Below are positions 50,622-64,000 of a stretch of 64,000 nucleotides of DNA, piece by piece. The position numbers and the translations under genes were made by a program. A model generated the notes under the pieces. It was not told the DNA's origin, did no database searches, and was given only the letters and a program-made list of their open reading frames with translations. The stretch is from contig CAWKCK010000005.1 of the NCBI GenBank assembly GCA_963848135.1, positions 558,001 to 622,000 on the forward strand, written 5' to 3'. This DNA comes from an uncultured delta proteobacterium. GTDB lineage: Bacteria > Desulfobacterota > Desulfobacteria > Desulfobacterales > SG8-13. Position 1 is the first letter of the stretch, and every line of letters begins with the position of its first letter.

Positions 50622-51518
50622 TTAGCGGCTGGTTTCCACTTCGTGCGTCTTTTCGTGTTCGCGCATACGCTTTTTTAACTGGTAAATCTCCTGGTACAAT
50701 TCATCCATATCCTTATCGGTGGGAACGGGCAAGGTCTGGAGGAAATCTTGCAGGATCTCATTTTTGGATGCAATAAAATTATCAAAGGCACCGAGGGTGT
50801 TGTCCATTTTAGTGGTATACTCGGGTGATTTCAAAAGGGTCATGTAATGGCCCTCAAGTATTTTTATCCACATCTGATAATACACTTTGGGATTTTCCGG
50901 CAATAGGCCTTCATCGGCCATTTCAGCGATCTTCTCCTGCATGGCCTGTATTGATTTTTCCATAGGCAGAAACAAAAGCTGGAGAAATTCAGCTATGGCA
51001 GCCTGGAACAAGTAAAAATTGTCCAAAAGCGGTGTTGGCTCTTTCTTGATAAGATCGGGTCAGACCCAACTGGGGCATATGCAGCAGTCGCTGGAATTCT
51101 TTTTCGTAAATTTCACGCCAACAGTCACGGCATCTTGGTCAAGATTGTCAAACCTGTAGGCTTCCGTGGATTGTCCGATTCCCAACAGCCGCTCATACCA
51201 CTGTTGCTGCAGTTTTAAGTAACCGTCCCCGCCGGTCTGGGTCATCTTTAATACGATTTCCGGCAGTGTCTAAATACCCTCAAGAATGGATTTTCCAGCC
51301 TCCGGTTCACTCATGGCAGAAGACAACAACTTCCATGACTTTAAAGCGGAGTCCAAATTTTTCATTGTCCGGCTCTCAGCTTGATTCAACGATGTCTCGG
51401 GCGTTTCTGACGTCGCGGACCACGTTTCCAGCACCGGCCTTCAGAAATTTGTCGCCGTCTTCAACCATGCCTCCAACAACGGCTTCGGGTTGAATGTTTC
51501 AGTTTTCTTTTCATGCAT
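50622..51518 (-). pseudogene. phaE: Class III PHA synthase subunit PhaE, disrupted
   Basis: PQLGLTR.YQE and LPVPT..DMDELY..IYQLKKR motifs; in-frame TGA 51441-43, TAG 51270-72, two frameshifts. Confidence 0.85.
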
Positions 51519-51803
51519 GGTTCACCTCACTTGTAGCTGTAAACCGCGGGTAAATATTTCAAATGCAACCTCGAGAGTTTGCCGCATACAATGCTTGCCG
51601 CCGTCGACGAGTCGTTTGCTTTCCTCCCAGAGGACAACGCCTGAAAACAAGGCCCAAAGATTGTCAGCAAGAGCAACAGGATTTCTTTCTTTTAATCTTT
51701 CCTTTAGCGTTCTCGTTTTTTTCTTACTCGAATACCCATAATATCACGCTGCAATTCTGCTTCGTATAGATTATGGCCCGATGCTCAAGCGATCACGAAC
51801 GGA

Positions 51804-52589
51804 TCATCCTTTCGAACCCAACCGCAGACCGCCGTGGATAAAAAATACGTCACCGGCCAGGGCCTCGTTGCGATAAATATCGCCGACGAGCATTGCCACT
51901 TCCTCCGGTTCGACCAGTCGGCCGATAGGCACCTGTGAGATAATACCATCTAAAGCTTTCTGATTCATTCCCTTTACCATGGCGGTCCCCACATATCCCG
52001 GGGCAACGGCCACACAACGAATTTTATCGGCCAGTCCGCGGCGGAAGAACTCGGCCGTAATGACCTTGGGCATCACCGACATGGCCGCCTTGGTCGAAGA
52101 ATAATTGATCTGGCCGGCTGTGCCCAAAGAACCGGTGGATGAGACGAGGCAGATCAGTCCCTTGCAGTTGTGGTTGATCATGCGTTCGGCACACTCGCGA
52201 ACCGTCAGAAATACACCCGTCAAGTTGATATTAATCACCGCTTCAAAGTTCTCCAAGGACATTTTTCGTGCGACTTTCCCGGTTTCCCGGTCCGGGGAAA
52301 CCATCAGGCCGTCTTTGATAATCCCGGCGAAAGGGGCCACCAGGTTGATTTGACCGAATTTTTCGATGGCGGTATCGGCCAGTCTGGCGCAGTCCTCCTC
52401 TTTGGTGACATTGCAGAGTACCGTGGCCACATCGCCGCTTAAATCGGCGGCGGCCTGTTTCAATGCCGATTCAACGACATCGCCGATGACGACCTTGCCG
52501 CCGTTTTCAAGCCAGTACTTCGAAAGTGCCAGGCCGATGCCGCTGGCACCACCCGTAATCACAGCAACCGAATCTTTGATTTCCAGCAT
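51804..52589 (-). CDS. SDR oxidoreductase, probable 3-oxoacyl/acetoacetyl-CoA reductase
   Basis: TGGASGIG, GQINYSSTK, VAPG; upstream of phaEC. Confidence 0.85.
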   Translation of the reverse strand: MLEIKDSVAVITGGASGIGLALSKYWLENGGKVVIGDVVESALKQAAADLSGDVATVLCNVTKEEDCARLADTAIEKFGQINLVAPFAGIIKDGLMVSPDRETGKVARKMSLENFEAVININLTGVFLTVRECAERMINHNCKGLICLVSSTGSLGTAGQINYSSTKAAMSVMPKVITAEFFRRGLADKIRCVAVAPGYVGTAMVKGMNQKALDGIISQVPIGRLVEPEEVAMLVGDIYRNEALAGDVFFIHGGLRLGSKG

Positions 52590-52801
52590 GGGTACCTCCT
52601 TAATGGATTTCAATTGATTGTGTTGGGCTCAGCCCAGGTGAATATACGCTTCGCTTTTTCGTCGGCCTGCGTCTTGCCCGCGAGCCTGATCTGAGATTTT
52701 GATACAACCTCTAACCACTATCCAGATCCAATTAGAAGCTTACAGGTCAGCGACGGCCGTCGTTTCTGCAAGCGGGTATGCAAAGCACTCCCATTCTGTC
52801 G

Positions 52802-54673
52802 TCAGGCGAGTTCGTCAAAGCGGCAGTTCAGCAGCAAATCATCCCCCAAAACCGAAACGACTTTGTACGGCAATGTCTTGAAGAGCTTTATCATGCGTTG
52901 GTTTTGCGGTGATGTGATGGCAAACAAGCCGGAAATCCCGTTTTCCCGGGCGGCTTCGGCCAGCTTGCGGATTAAAATCCGACCGAGCCTCTTGCCCTGA
53001 TAGTCTTTACTGACTGAAAAGGCGATTTCCGCTAGATTTTTCGCTTCTTCAAGATAATACTCTCCAACCCCAACCACGCGACCAAAACCGAACTCTCCCA
53101 CTACGGCGACAATGGTCAGATTGCGGATGTAATCAGTCTGGCTCATACCTTTCACATCATCCCGCGCGAAGCGTTTTTTTTCATGAAAGAATCGCGAAAC
53201 GATGTCTTGTCGATCCAGGTGGTAGAAGTGTTCCTGGATCCTTCTTTCATCAACCGGTTTCGCCGGTCGCAAAATAATCTTTTCACCGTCAATGACGATG
53301 GTTTCCTCAATTTTAACCGGATAGATGCCGTGGACCGATTCACCTAAACTCCTTTCGGCGCCGATCATGCCCAATTGTTTGGCTTTATGCATCAGCTCAT
53401 CCCGAAAATCGGGGTGGGCGATGCTGATCATGGCCAACGCCCGTTCCTGGGTGCTTTTTCCGAAAAGATTGACCACCCCGTACTCCGTTACGACATAGCG
53501 CACGTCGTCTCTGGGAACGGTGACGATCGTATTGTTCAGCAACGGCACGATCCGGCTGGTTTTGCCATCATCGGTGGTCGAGTGGAGCATGATGATTGAT
53601 TTTCCGCCGGGGGAGCGGTTCGCCCCCCTGACAAAGTCTGGAATGCCTGAAACCCCGGCGAAAAGCGTGTATGCTACGGCATCGCAGGAAACTTGACCGG
53701 CCAGGTCCATGCTCTGCGCCACGTTCATGGAAACCATTTTGTTGTGACGGGCAATGATATCGATGTCATTGACGTAATCGGAGGGATAAAAGTCCACCGC
53801 CGGATTGATATGCAGGAATTCATACAGGGCTTGTGTTCCAACGGCACAGCTGGCGACCATTTTGCCGTTGTTATAGCCTTTGCTGCGGTTATTGATAACA
53901 CCCCTGGAATACAGATGCATAATATCCTCGGAGAGGAACTGTGAATGGATCCCCAGATCATTCTTGTCCGACAAGGCCTGGCCGGTTGCCTGGGAAGCGG
54001 CATCCAGGCCGATCTGCAGGGTTGAACCATCTTCTATCAACCGGGCGATATGCCGGCCGATGAGATTGGCCGGCTCTGACTTCGGAACCGGAGAGATGGT
54101 CAGGAGATCCTCATCGTGCTCGACAATGGCATCCACATCATTGACATGGATAAAACTCCGGCCGAGCACCATGGGCATCTTCGTATTGACCTGGGCAATC
54201 ACCCGGTCGGCGCAAAGGGCGGCCGCCAGGGTGATGTCCACCGAAACCCCCAGGCTCATCCAGCCAAAATCATCCGGCGGGCTGACCTGGACCAGGGCCA
54301 CATCGAGAGGAATCCTTCTGCTGGTGAAAAGCTGGGGTATCGCAGACATGATCACCGGTGTGTAAAAGCGCATGTTTCTTGCCAGCGCACCGGACTTGGC
54401 CGATCCAAGATAAAAGGACCGGATACTCAGGCTTTGATCCTGGGTTTTGTTGGCGATCAAGTACAAGGGGGTGGTTTCATGGGACATCAGGCGAATAATC
54501 TCGATATTGCTGAAACGCCGGGCGGCCTCGGCAAGCCCCCTGACCAGGCATTGGGGCTCGCCACAATAAGACCCGATAAAAATTCGCTGGCCCGAGCGAA
54601 TCGAACCGATGGCCTCTTGAACGCTTTTTTTCTTTTGGACATAATCGTCCGCCCAATAACTTCCGATTGCCAT
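52802..54673 (-). CDS. Acetyl-CoA hydrolase/CoA-transferase fused to a GNAT domain
   Basis: SPPD..G..SLG, DGSTLQIG, VVTEYG, ISIAHPDFR; C-terminal AEIAFSV..DYQGKRLG. Confidence 0.9.
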   Translation of the reverse strand: MAIGSYWADDYVQKKKSVQEAIGSIRSGQRIFIGSYCGEPQCLVRGLAEAARRFSNIEIIRLMSHETTPLYLIANKTQDQSLSIRSFYLGSAKSGALARNMRFYTPVIMSAIPQLFTSRRIPLDVALVQVSPPDDFGWMSLGVSVDITLAAALCADRVIAQVNTKMPMVLGRSFIHVNDVDAIVEHDEDLLTISPVPKSEPANLIGRHIARLIEDGSTLQIGLDAASQATGQALSDKNDLGIHSQFLSEDIMHLYSRGVINNRSKGYNNGKMVASCAVGTQALYEFLHINPAVDFYPSDYVNDIDIIARHNKMVSMNVAQSMDLAGQVSCDAVAYTLFAGVSGIPDFVRGANRSPGGKSIIMLHSTTDDGKTSRIVPLLNNTIVTVPRDDVRYVVTEYGVVNLFGKSTQERALAMISIAHPDFRDELMHKAKQLGMIGAERSLGESVHGIYPVKIEETIVIDGEKIILRPAKPVDERRIQEHFYHLDRQDIVSRFFHEKKRFARDDVKGMSQTDYIRNLTIVAVVGEFGFGRVVGVGEYYLEEAKNLAEIAFSVSKDYQGKRLGRILIRKLAEAARENGISGLFAITSPQNQRMIKLFKTLPYKVVSVLGDDLLLNCRFDELA

Positions 54674-54956
54674 AAAATGCTCCTTAGCCCGAATATTTCA
54701 TGAAATCATTTCACAGAGCGGCCAAAAAGAACCCATATCGGGGCATTGATCAAACTCATGATCCATTTAATCGGGGCACACTTTGTCCCTCGCCAAGATC
54801 TAATGAAAGAGCTGAAAAGATTTTACCCTTCAGGTCAACCGGAGGTTTTCATGGCCGGCGTTATTCGAGGTTCGCGGTAGACTGACTACAGCATCGCCTC
54901 GAAATGCCTTGGCCATAAAAGCCTCCAATTGATGAAATTTCCGGGTTAGACCCGTT

Positions 54957-55247
54957 TCACACCTTTTCCAAAATCGTGGCCATGCCCTGACCGCCGCCGA
55001 TGCACAGGGTCGCAAGGCCCAGGTCATGGTCCTTTCGCACCATCTCGCCGGCCAGGATAATGTCCGCCTCCTCGTAACGAATCGCTTGGGCAGCCAGGGC
55101 CATTGCTTTCATGCCAGAAGCACAAAGCTTGTTGACCGTATAAGCCCCGGTCTCTTTGGGGATAACGGCCCGGATGGAGACCTGCCGGGCCACATTCTGG
55201 CCCTGGCCGGCAGCCACGACATTGCCCATGATCACCACGTCTCTCAT
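54957..55247 (-). pseudogene. Internally deleted thiolase (phaA/atoB-like) remnant, open 96-aa frame
   Basis: GNV..AGQGQNVARQ, TVNKLCASG and GLATLCIGGGQG motifs within 96 aa. Confidence 0.85.
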
Positions 55248-55260
55248 GATTCAATCTCCT

Positions 55261-58830
<3,570 letters not shown>

Positions 58831-59038
58831 TTATCCTGATATTGAAGATAGCGGTGGTGAAGTATTTAGTAAAGCCGGCCCGCTTGGACCGGTCTTAAAT
58901 ATTGCCAAACAAGCACAAGCGCTCTTTTCAAAGTGCAAGCCTGCTATAATCAGGTAGCTGAGGCCAAAGAAAGTCGCAACCGCGGAAGGACAATCAACCG
59001 AGGGAAGGAAACGAAACGCGGGATCACATTTTCTGGTG

Positions 59039-59971
59039 CTAAGTCATTTTATTCAACACCGCTACCAGTTCCTTTACCGCATCGGCCGATTTCTGAAGAG
59101 CCTTCTGCTCGTCGTCTGTGAGGGTAATCTGAATAATCTCTTCTATGCCGTTTTTGCCTAATTTGACCGGAACCCCGATATAGAGATCATGAAAGCCGTA
59201 TTCACCTCGAAGATACGCGGCGCAGGGGAGGATTTTCTTCTTGTCTTTCAAGATAGATTCGGTCATCTCTACGGCAGCGGAGGCAGGTGCGTAATAGGCA
59301 CTGCCAGTTTTGAGCAGGCTAACGATCTCGGCACCACCGTTCGCGGTTCTTTCGACCAACGCATCGATTCTGTCTTTGGGCATCAATTCTGTAATCGGAA
59401 TACCGGCCACTGTGGAATAACGGGGTAGCGGGACCATGGTGTCGCCGTGACCACCGAGAACAAAAGCGTGGGTATTTTCCACGGAAACATTCAACTCCAT
59501 GGCAATAAAAGCCCTGAAGCGGGCGGAGTCAAGCACGCCGGCCATACCCATCACCTTGTTTTTGGAAAAACCGCTGGTTTCGTAAGCAACATGGCACATG
59601 GCATCCAGGGGATTGCTGACGATAATAAGGACGGCCTCCGGAGACAGCTTGGCCACCTGCCGGGTCACATCTCTTATAATTCCGGCATTTGTTTTTAAAA
59701 GATCATCCCGGCTCATACCCGGCTTTCTCGGAATGCCGGCGGTAATGATGATGACATCAGACCCCTGCGAGGCTTCATAGCCGTTGGTGCCGGTCAGGTG
59801 GGCATCATGCTTTTCGATCGGTGCCGCCTCAGTCAGATCGAGGGCCTTCCCCTGGGGAACCCCTTCAACAATGTCGATCAAGACCACATCGCACAGCTCT
59901 TTTTCACACAACCGCTGGGCTGCAGTAGCGCCTACATTACCGGCTCCCACAACGGTCACTTTCTTGTCCAT
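59039..59971 (-). CDS. mdh: Malate dehydrogenase (LDH-like)
   Basis: [26 protein letters not shown]. Confidence 0.95.
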   Translation of the reverse strand: MDKKVTVVGAGNVGATAAQRLCEKELCDVVLIDIVEGVPQGKALDLTEAAPIEKHDAHLTGTNGYEASQGSDVIIITAGIPRKPGMSRDDLLKTNAGIIRDVTRQVAKLSPEAVLIIVSNPLDAMCHVAYETSGFSKNKVMGMAGVLDSARFRAFIAMELNVSVENTHAFVLGGHGDTMVPLPRYSTVAGIPITELMPKDRIDALVERTANGGAEIVSLLKTGSAYYAPASAAVEMTESILKDKKKILPCAAYLRGEYGFHDLYIGVPVKLGKNGIEEIIQITLTDDEQKALQKSADAVKELVAVLNKMT

Positions 59972-60043
59972 ATCAAGCTCCTTTCTTGTCACCATTTATT
60001 GCATTAATCCAAAACGTCATTTTCCAAAGTGATCGAATTCGGG

Positions 60044-61168
60044 CTACGCCAGGAAACTCCACAGGATTCCTGCGCATATGGCTGATCCGATCACCCCGGA
60101 GGAGTTGCAGGCCATGGCATGCATCAGAAGATAATTGGTCGGGTCCGATTTGAGCCCCACCTGGTGGACCTCACGGGCTGAGCCGGGCACGGCGGACACG
60201 CCGGCTGCCCCCAGAAGAGGATTGATTTTTTGCTTCATGAATAAATTCATGATCTTGCCGAAGAGGACCCCGGATGCCGTGGCGATGCTGAAGGCGATCG
60301 CGCCCAGGAAGAAGATGCCGACCGCTTTTGGAGTCAGAAAGACATCGGCCTGGGTACTGGCGCCGACGGTGAAACCCAGAAAGATGGTGGCGGTGTCGAT
60401 GATCGCCGTGCGGGCGGTCTGGGCCAGTCGTTCGACCACACCGGATTCCTTCATGAGATTGCCGAAAAAAAACGGGCCCAAAAGTGGGATCGAGGCCGGG
60501 GCCAGAAAGCAGCACAATAACAGACCGGCGGCGGGGAAGAGCAGTTTTTCCACCCGGGAGACGTGGCGCATCTCCGGCATGTGAATCCGGCGTTCCTCCT
60601 TCGTAGTGAGTAGCCTCATGATGGGTGGTTGTATAATCGGTATAAGCGCCATGTAAGAATAGGCGGCGATAGCAATCGGACCGATCAGGTGGGGTGCCAG
60701 TTTGGCGGTCAGAAAGATGGAGGTGGGCCCGTCGGCCCCGCCGATGATGGCGATCGAACCGGCTTCCTTGGGCAGAAAACCAAGGGCCAAAGCGCTGAGC
60801 AGCGTAAAGTAAATTCCCATTTGGGCGGCGGCCCCCAGGAGCATCAACCGCGGCATCGCTAGCAGAGAGGAAAAGTCGGTCATGGCTCCCAGCCCCAGAA
60901 ACACGATCGAGGGATAGACACCGGTGGTAACCCCGAAGTACAGGTAATGCAGCACGCTATTGGGTTCGTAAATTCCGAGGCCGAAGCCTTTGAAAAACGG
61001 AATATTGCCCACCAGCACGCCGAAGCCGATCGGCAAGAGCAGCAGGGGTTCGTATTCCTTGGCTATGGCCAGATAGAGAAAAAGTGATCCAACCAGCAGC
61101 ATGATGATGTTGCGGAAGTCCACCAAGTAGTAACCGGTGTTAGTCAAAAATTGGATGAGCAGGTCCAT
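60044..61168 (-). CDS. oadB: Na+-translocating decarboxylase beta subunit
   Basis: YEPLLLLPIGFG, GAMTDF, IIGGADGPT, AAYSYMAL, GVSAVP. Confidence 0.93.
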   Translation of the reverse strand: MDLLIQFLTNTGYYLVDFRNIIMLLVGSLFLYLAIAKEYEPLLLLPIGFGVLVGNIPFFKGFGLGIYEPNSVLHYLYFGVTTGVYPSIVFLGLGAMTDFSSLLAMPRLMLLGAAAQMGIYFTLLSALALGFLPKEAGSIAIIGGADGPTSIFLTAKLAPHLIGPIAIAAYSYMALIPIIQPPIMRLLTTKEERRIHMPEMRHVSRVEKLLFPAAGLLLCCFLAPASIPLLGPFFFGNLMKESGVVERLAQTARTAIIDTATIFLGFTVGASTQADVFLTPKAVGIFFLGAIAFSIATASGVLFGKIMNLFMKQKINPLLGAAGVSAVPGSAREVHQVGLKSDPTNYLLMHAMACNSSGVIGSAICAGILWSFLA

Positions 61169-61225
61169 AGCACCTCTTCCTTATTTTGAATCATGTTGAC
61201 TGTCTGTCCGGGAACACCGCGGCAA

Positions 61226-61633
61226 TCAGTCCCGCCAAACGAACCGGCCGCCTCCGGCCGGAACAATGACGCCGGATTCCCGCAGGCTTCGGATCGATAG
61301 ATGCACGTGAGGCAGGTCGCCGCTGCTGGCCAGCTCATAGAGATTCGTGAGCTCGAATGGTTCTCCGAGGTCAGCAGCCAGCGGACCAAAGCGGGCTTTG
61401 GTCTCATCGATGTCAAAACTTGAGGGTTTGGGAACAACGGCTTCTTGCGGTACGGTATTTAGCGCCTGTTTTTTCGTCGAGCGCCTATCTACTCCCTTTT
61501 CCAACAGAGCGGCGATTTTATGCAGCTGCGATATCACGAAGGATAACACCGTCAGACCCGCCATGACGATCAAGGCCCCGGCAACCGCCATGGCCCAGCC
61601 GTTTTGAGCAGATATGGCTTCAAGACCGTACAA
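61226..61633 (-). CDS. oadG: OadG-family (gamma subunit) protein with C-terminal extension
   Basis: Single N-terminal TM helix; GAGGAGG before TTG 61633; directly upstream of oadB. Confidence 0.7.
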   Translation of the reverse strand: MYGLEAISAQNGWAMAVAGALIVMAGLTVLSFVISQLHKIAALLEKGVDRRSTKKQALNTVPQEAVVPKPSSFDIDETKARFGPLAADLGEPFELTNLYELASSGDLPHVHLSIRSLRESGVIVPAGGGRFVWRD

Positions 61634-61652
61634 TTTGACCTCCTCGATTCCT

Positions 61653-62081
61653 TTATATGTCTTCTTTTGAATCCAATGCCCTGCGTTCCGAAGCAATCTT
61701 ATGTATTTTTTGCATAATTTTACTGCCGAGGGCATTGTTGCTTTGAATCATCTGGAAGAATTCGAGACTCGAAATAGACAGAACATCTCCATCTGTTTCC
61801 GCCATGGCGGTCCCTGTATATTCGAAAGGCGCAATGACCGTAGACCAGCCGATGACCGTTCCCTTCTTGTCGAGGGTATAAGAGCGGCCTTTTTCCAATG
61901 AGACTTTAAATGTTCCGGACAAGATAATAAAGAAAGTCATTGCAGGTGTCCCTTTGCGCAGAAGTATATCTCCTTTCTTGACGCTTCTGGAGTTCAATGA
62001 AGACGCAAAGAGCTCCAATTCGGAGTAGGTCAGATCCTTGAAAAATTCTAAGGACTCTATGGTTGTTAGATCTACAGACAT
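61653..62081 (-). CDS. Stand-alone cyclic nucleotide-binding domain protein
   Basis: FFKDL, KKGD, FFIILSG, G.VIGWS, TGTAMA. Confidence 0.85.
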   Translation of the reverse strand: MSVDLTTIESLEFFKDLTYSELELFASSLNSRSVKKGDILLRKGTPAMTFFIILSGTFKVSLEKGRSYTLDKKGTVIGWSTVIAPFEYTGTAMAETDGDVLSISSLEFFQMIQSNNALGSKIMQKIHKIASERRALDSKEDI

Positions 62082-62194
62082 GGTTCCATCCTTTTTTATG
62101 CTTGGGTGCGATGAGCCTGGTGTATCCGGCCGATTTTTAATTATCGCGGCGATCGAAGTTTACACGGCTCGCTGTATTCGGATTTGATTGCGCA

Positions 62195-64000
62195 TCAGCC
62201 GATCACCGCCAGCACATCGTTCTTTTGCACAGAATCGCCGCTGTCAAAGTTAACGGCCTTTATGGTGCCGCTGACAGGGGCCGGCAGGGCGTTTTCCATC
62301 TTCATCGCCTCGAGGATCACTACCGTTTCACCTTCACTGACGGTATCGCCCATCTTTTTCGAATAATTAACGATCATACCCGGCATCGGGGCCTTCAGTG
62401 GTGTCCCTTCGACATCTGCAGCCGCAGGCGCCGGTGCGGGTGCCGCCTCTTTGGCCGCGGCGGGTGCCGCTGCGGGCGCTGCAGCCGGCGCGGCCGCCGT
62501 CGGCATCATCGTCGGTGCTGCTGCCGGCATGGCTGGCATCTGTTGGATGTAGCTGAGAACGGGTGAGCCGCCGACCTCGTCAACACCCACCTCGAAGTAG
62601 TCATCATCCACGTAAACATTAAAGGTACGCAAGGCCTCCCCTTTGGGCGGTCCTTCCTTCTTGGCACCCTTTTCCACCACCAGGCCGGCCTTGGCTTTTT
62701 TGATTAGTTCTTCTTCTTTGCGAGCCTGCTCGAGACTCCGTGGTCTGACCTCTGGCGGTGGTTCCTCTTTACCGTACTTCCATTTAAGGAACCGTTTACC
62801 GGTGACCGGATAAATCGCATAAAGGATAACATCGTCCAAATCCACAGCCAGCCCTTCGGTTTCAGCCTTGGCTTTTTCCAATTCCGGTTCGAGCACCTCC
62901 GCCGGTCTGACGGTAATCGGTTTTTCGCCTCTATCGTATCCTTTGAGCGCTTTTTTCTGCACTTCCGGATCGATCGGTATGGCTGTTTTACCATACAGGC
63001 CGTAACATAGATCCTTAACCTGGCCCGTGATCATTTTGTAACGTTCATTTTCATCGTCAAAGAGCACGTTGTTGACCGTCTGGATCCCCACGATCTGGCT
63101 GGTGGGGGTGACCAGCGGGATCTGGCCCAGTTCTTTGCGAACTCGCGGCAGCTCCCTGTAAACATCATCGATCCTGTCCAGGGCGTCCATTTCCCGCAGC
63201 TGGTTGGCCAGGTTGGACAGCATGCCGCCCGGTGTCTGGTGCAACAGCACGTTGATGTCGATGATCGACATTTTGGAGTCGTCCAACAGATGCTTGTATT
63301 TGGGCAGGATTTCCTTCTCCAGGATTTCATTGATCCGGGCCAAAAGTTTGATGTCGAAACCGGTATCGCGGTTTGTGCCCAACAGTGTCATCACCAGGGG
63401 CTCGATGGCCGCATGCGAGGTTCGGTAAGCATAGGGCGACATGACCGTATCGATGATGTCGACCCCGGCTTCGATGGCTTTGAGCATGCTCATCGGTGAC
63501 ATGCCGGAAGTAAAATGGCTGTGCAAGTGAATCGGAGCCTTCACCGCTTGTTTGAGAGCCTTGATGACTTCATACGCGTCGTAGGGAGCGATCAGCCCGG
63601 CCATATCCTTGACGCAAATACTGTCAGCTCCCATGGCCTCGAGGTCTTTGGCTTTATTGACATAATAGTCAAGATTGTACACTTGCCCGCCCAAACGCGG
63701 TTCGGTCAGGGTGTAACAAATACAACCCTGGAAATGCATGCCGTTCTCTTTGATCACCGGAACAACGGTTTCAAAATTGCGGTAATCGTTCAAGGCGTCG
63801 AAAGTGCGGAAAACATCCATTCCGTTGGCGCAGGCACGGTCCACAAAAGCCCTGGCGAGATCGTCGGCATAGTTGCGGTATCCGACCAAATTTTGGGCCC
63901 TGAGCAACATGGAGAATGGCGTTTTTTTGATGTAGCGCTTAAGCGTGCGGATCCGTTCCCATGGATCTTCGTTTAAAAATCGGTGCATCGTGTCAAATGT
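62195..64000 (-). CDS. Carboxyltransferase-biotin carrier subunit (pyruvate carboxylase B / oxaloacetate decarboxylase alpha), 5' end outside window
   Basis: EDPWER, FDALND, KDMAG, HLHSH, PGGMLSN, LVTPTSQ, Ala/Pro linker, EAMKM. Confidence 0.93.
   Translation of the reverse strand, partial: TFDTMHRFLNEDPWERIRTLKRYIKKTPFSMLLRAQNLVGYRNYADDLARAFVDRACANGMDVFRTFDALNDYRNFETVVPVIKENGMHFQGCICYTLTEPRLGGQVYNLDYYVNKAKDLEAMGADSICVKDMAGLIAPYDAYEVIKALKQAVKAPIHLHSHFTSGMSPMSMLKAIEAGVDIIDTVMSPYAYRTSHAAIEPLVMTLLGTNRDTGFDIKLLARINEILEKEILPKYKHLLDDSKMSIIDINVLLHQTPGGMLSNLANQLREMDALDRIDDVYRELPRVRKELGQIPLVTPTSQIVGIQTVNNVLFDDENERYKMITGQVKDLCYGLYGKTAIPIDPEVQKKALKGYDRGEKPITVRPAEVLEPELEKAKAETEGLAVDLDDVILYAIYPVTGKRFLKWKYGKEEPPPEVRPRSLEQARKEEELIKKAKAGLVVEKGAKKEGPPKGEALRTFNVYVDDDYFEVGVDEVGGSPVLSYIQQMPAMPAAAPTMMPTAAAPAAAPAAAPAAAKEAAPAPAPAAADVEGTPLKAPMPGMIVNYSKKMGDTVSEGETVVILEAMKMENALPAPVSGTIKAVNFDSGDSVQKNDVLAVIG

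Noticed and set aside
51270..51443. Selenocysteine or pyrrolysine readthrough of the phaE stops
   Set aside because: The positions fit ordinary nonsense mutations, frameshifts co-occur, and all three stop codons end genes normally in this window
52625..52700. Weak hairpin upstream of the SDR gene
   Set aside because: Short imperfect arms with no recognisable riboswitch or terminator features

Overview
Chromosomal window from a bacterium whose gene content (rubrerythrin, CGGC protein, PFOR, class III PHA synthase, sigma-54 activator) points to a Desulfobacterota member, probably Desulfobacterales-like; this is inferred, not proven. Left to right: USP-led mrpABCDEFG Na+/H+ antiporter operon; K+ channel; a SOUL / ADP-ribosylglycohydrolase / MBL exonuclease / ATP-dependent DNA ligase cluster; flavin oxidoreductase; HTH-HipA toxin-antitoxin pair; rubrerythrin and CGGC genes; a sigma-54-controlled gabT plus LIV-type ABC operon; assorted transport and envelope genes; an Hc2-like histone H1-type protein with six 108-bp repeats; an AT-rich 2.2-kb stretch dense in microproteins and candidate anti-Shine-Dalgarno sRNAs that the ORF track largely misses; pyruvate kinase; a decaying PHA cluster (intact phaC, phaE with stops, a mini-thiolase, two GAF-only genes); and a carboxyltransferase/oadG/oadB-mdh-PFOR block. 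Two long G-U-rich stem-loop elements lie between genes. Several genes have single-base frameshifts that look like assembly errors. I saw no tRNA, rRNA, CRISPR array or transposase.
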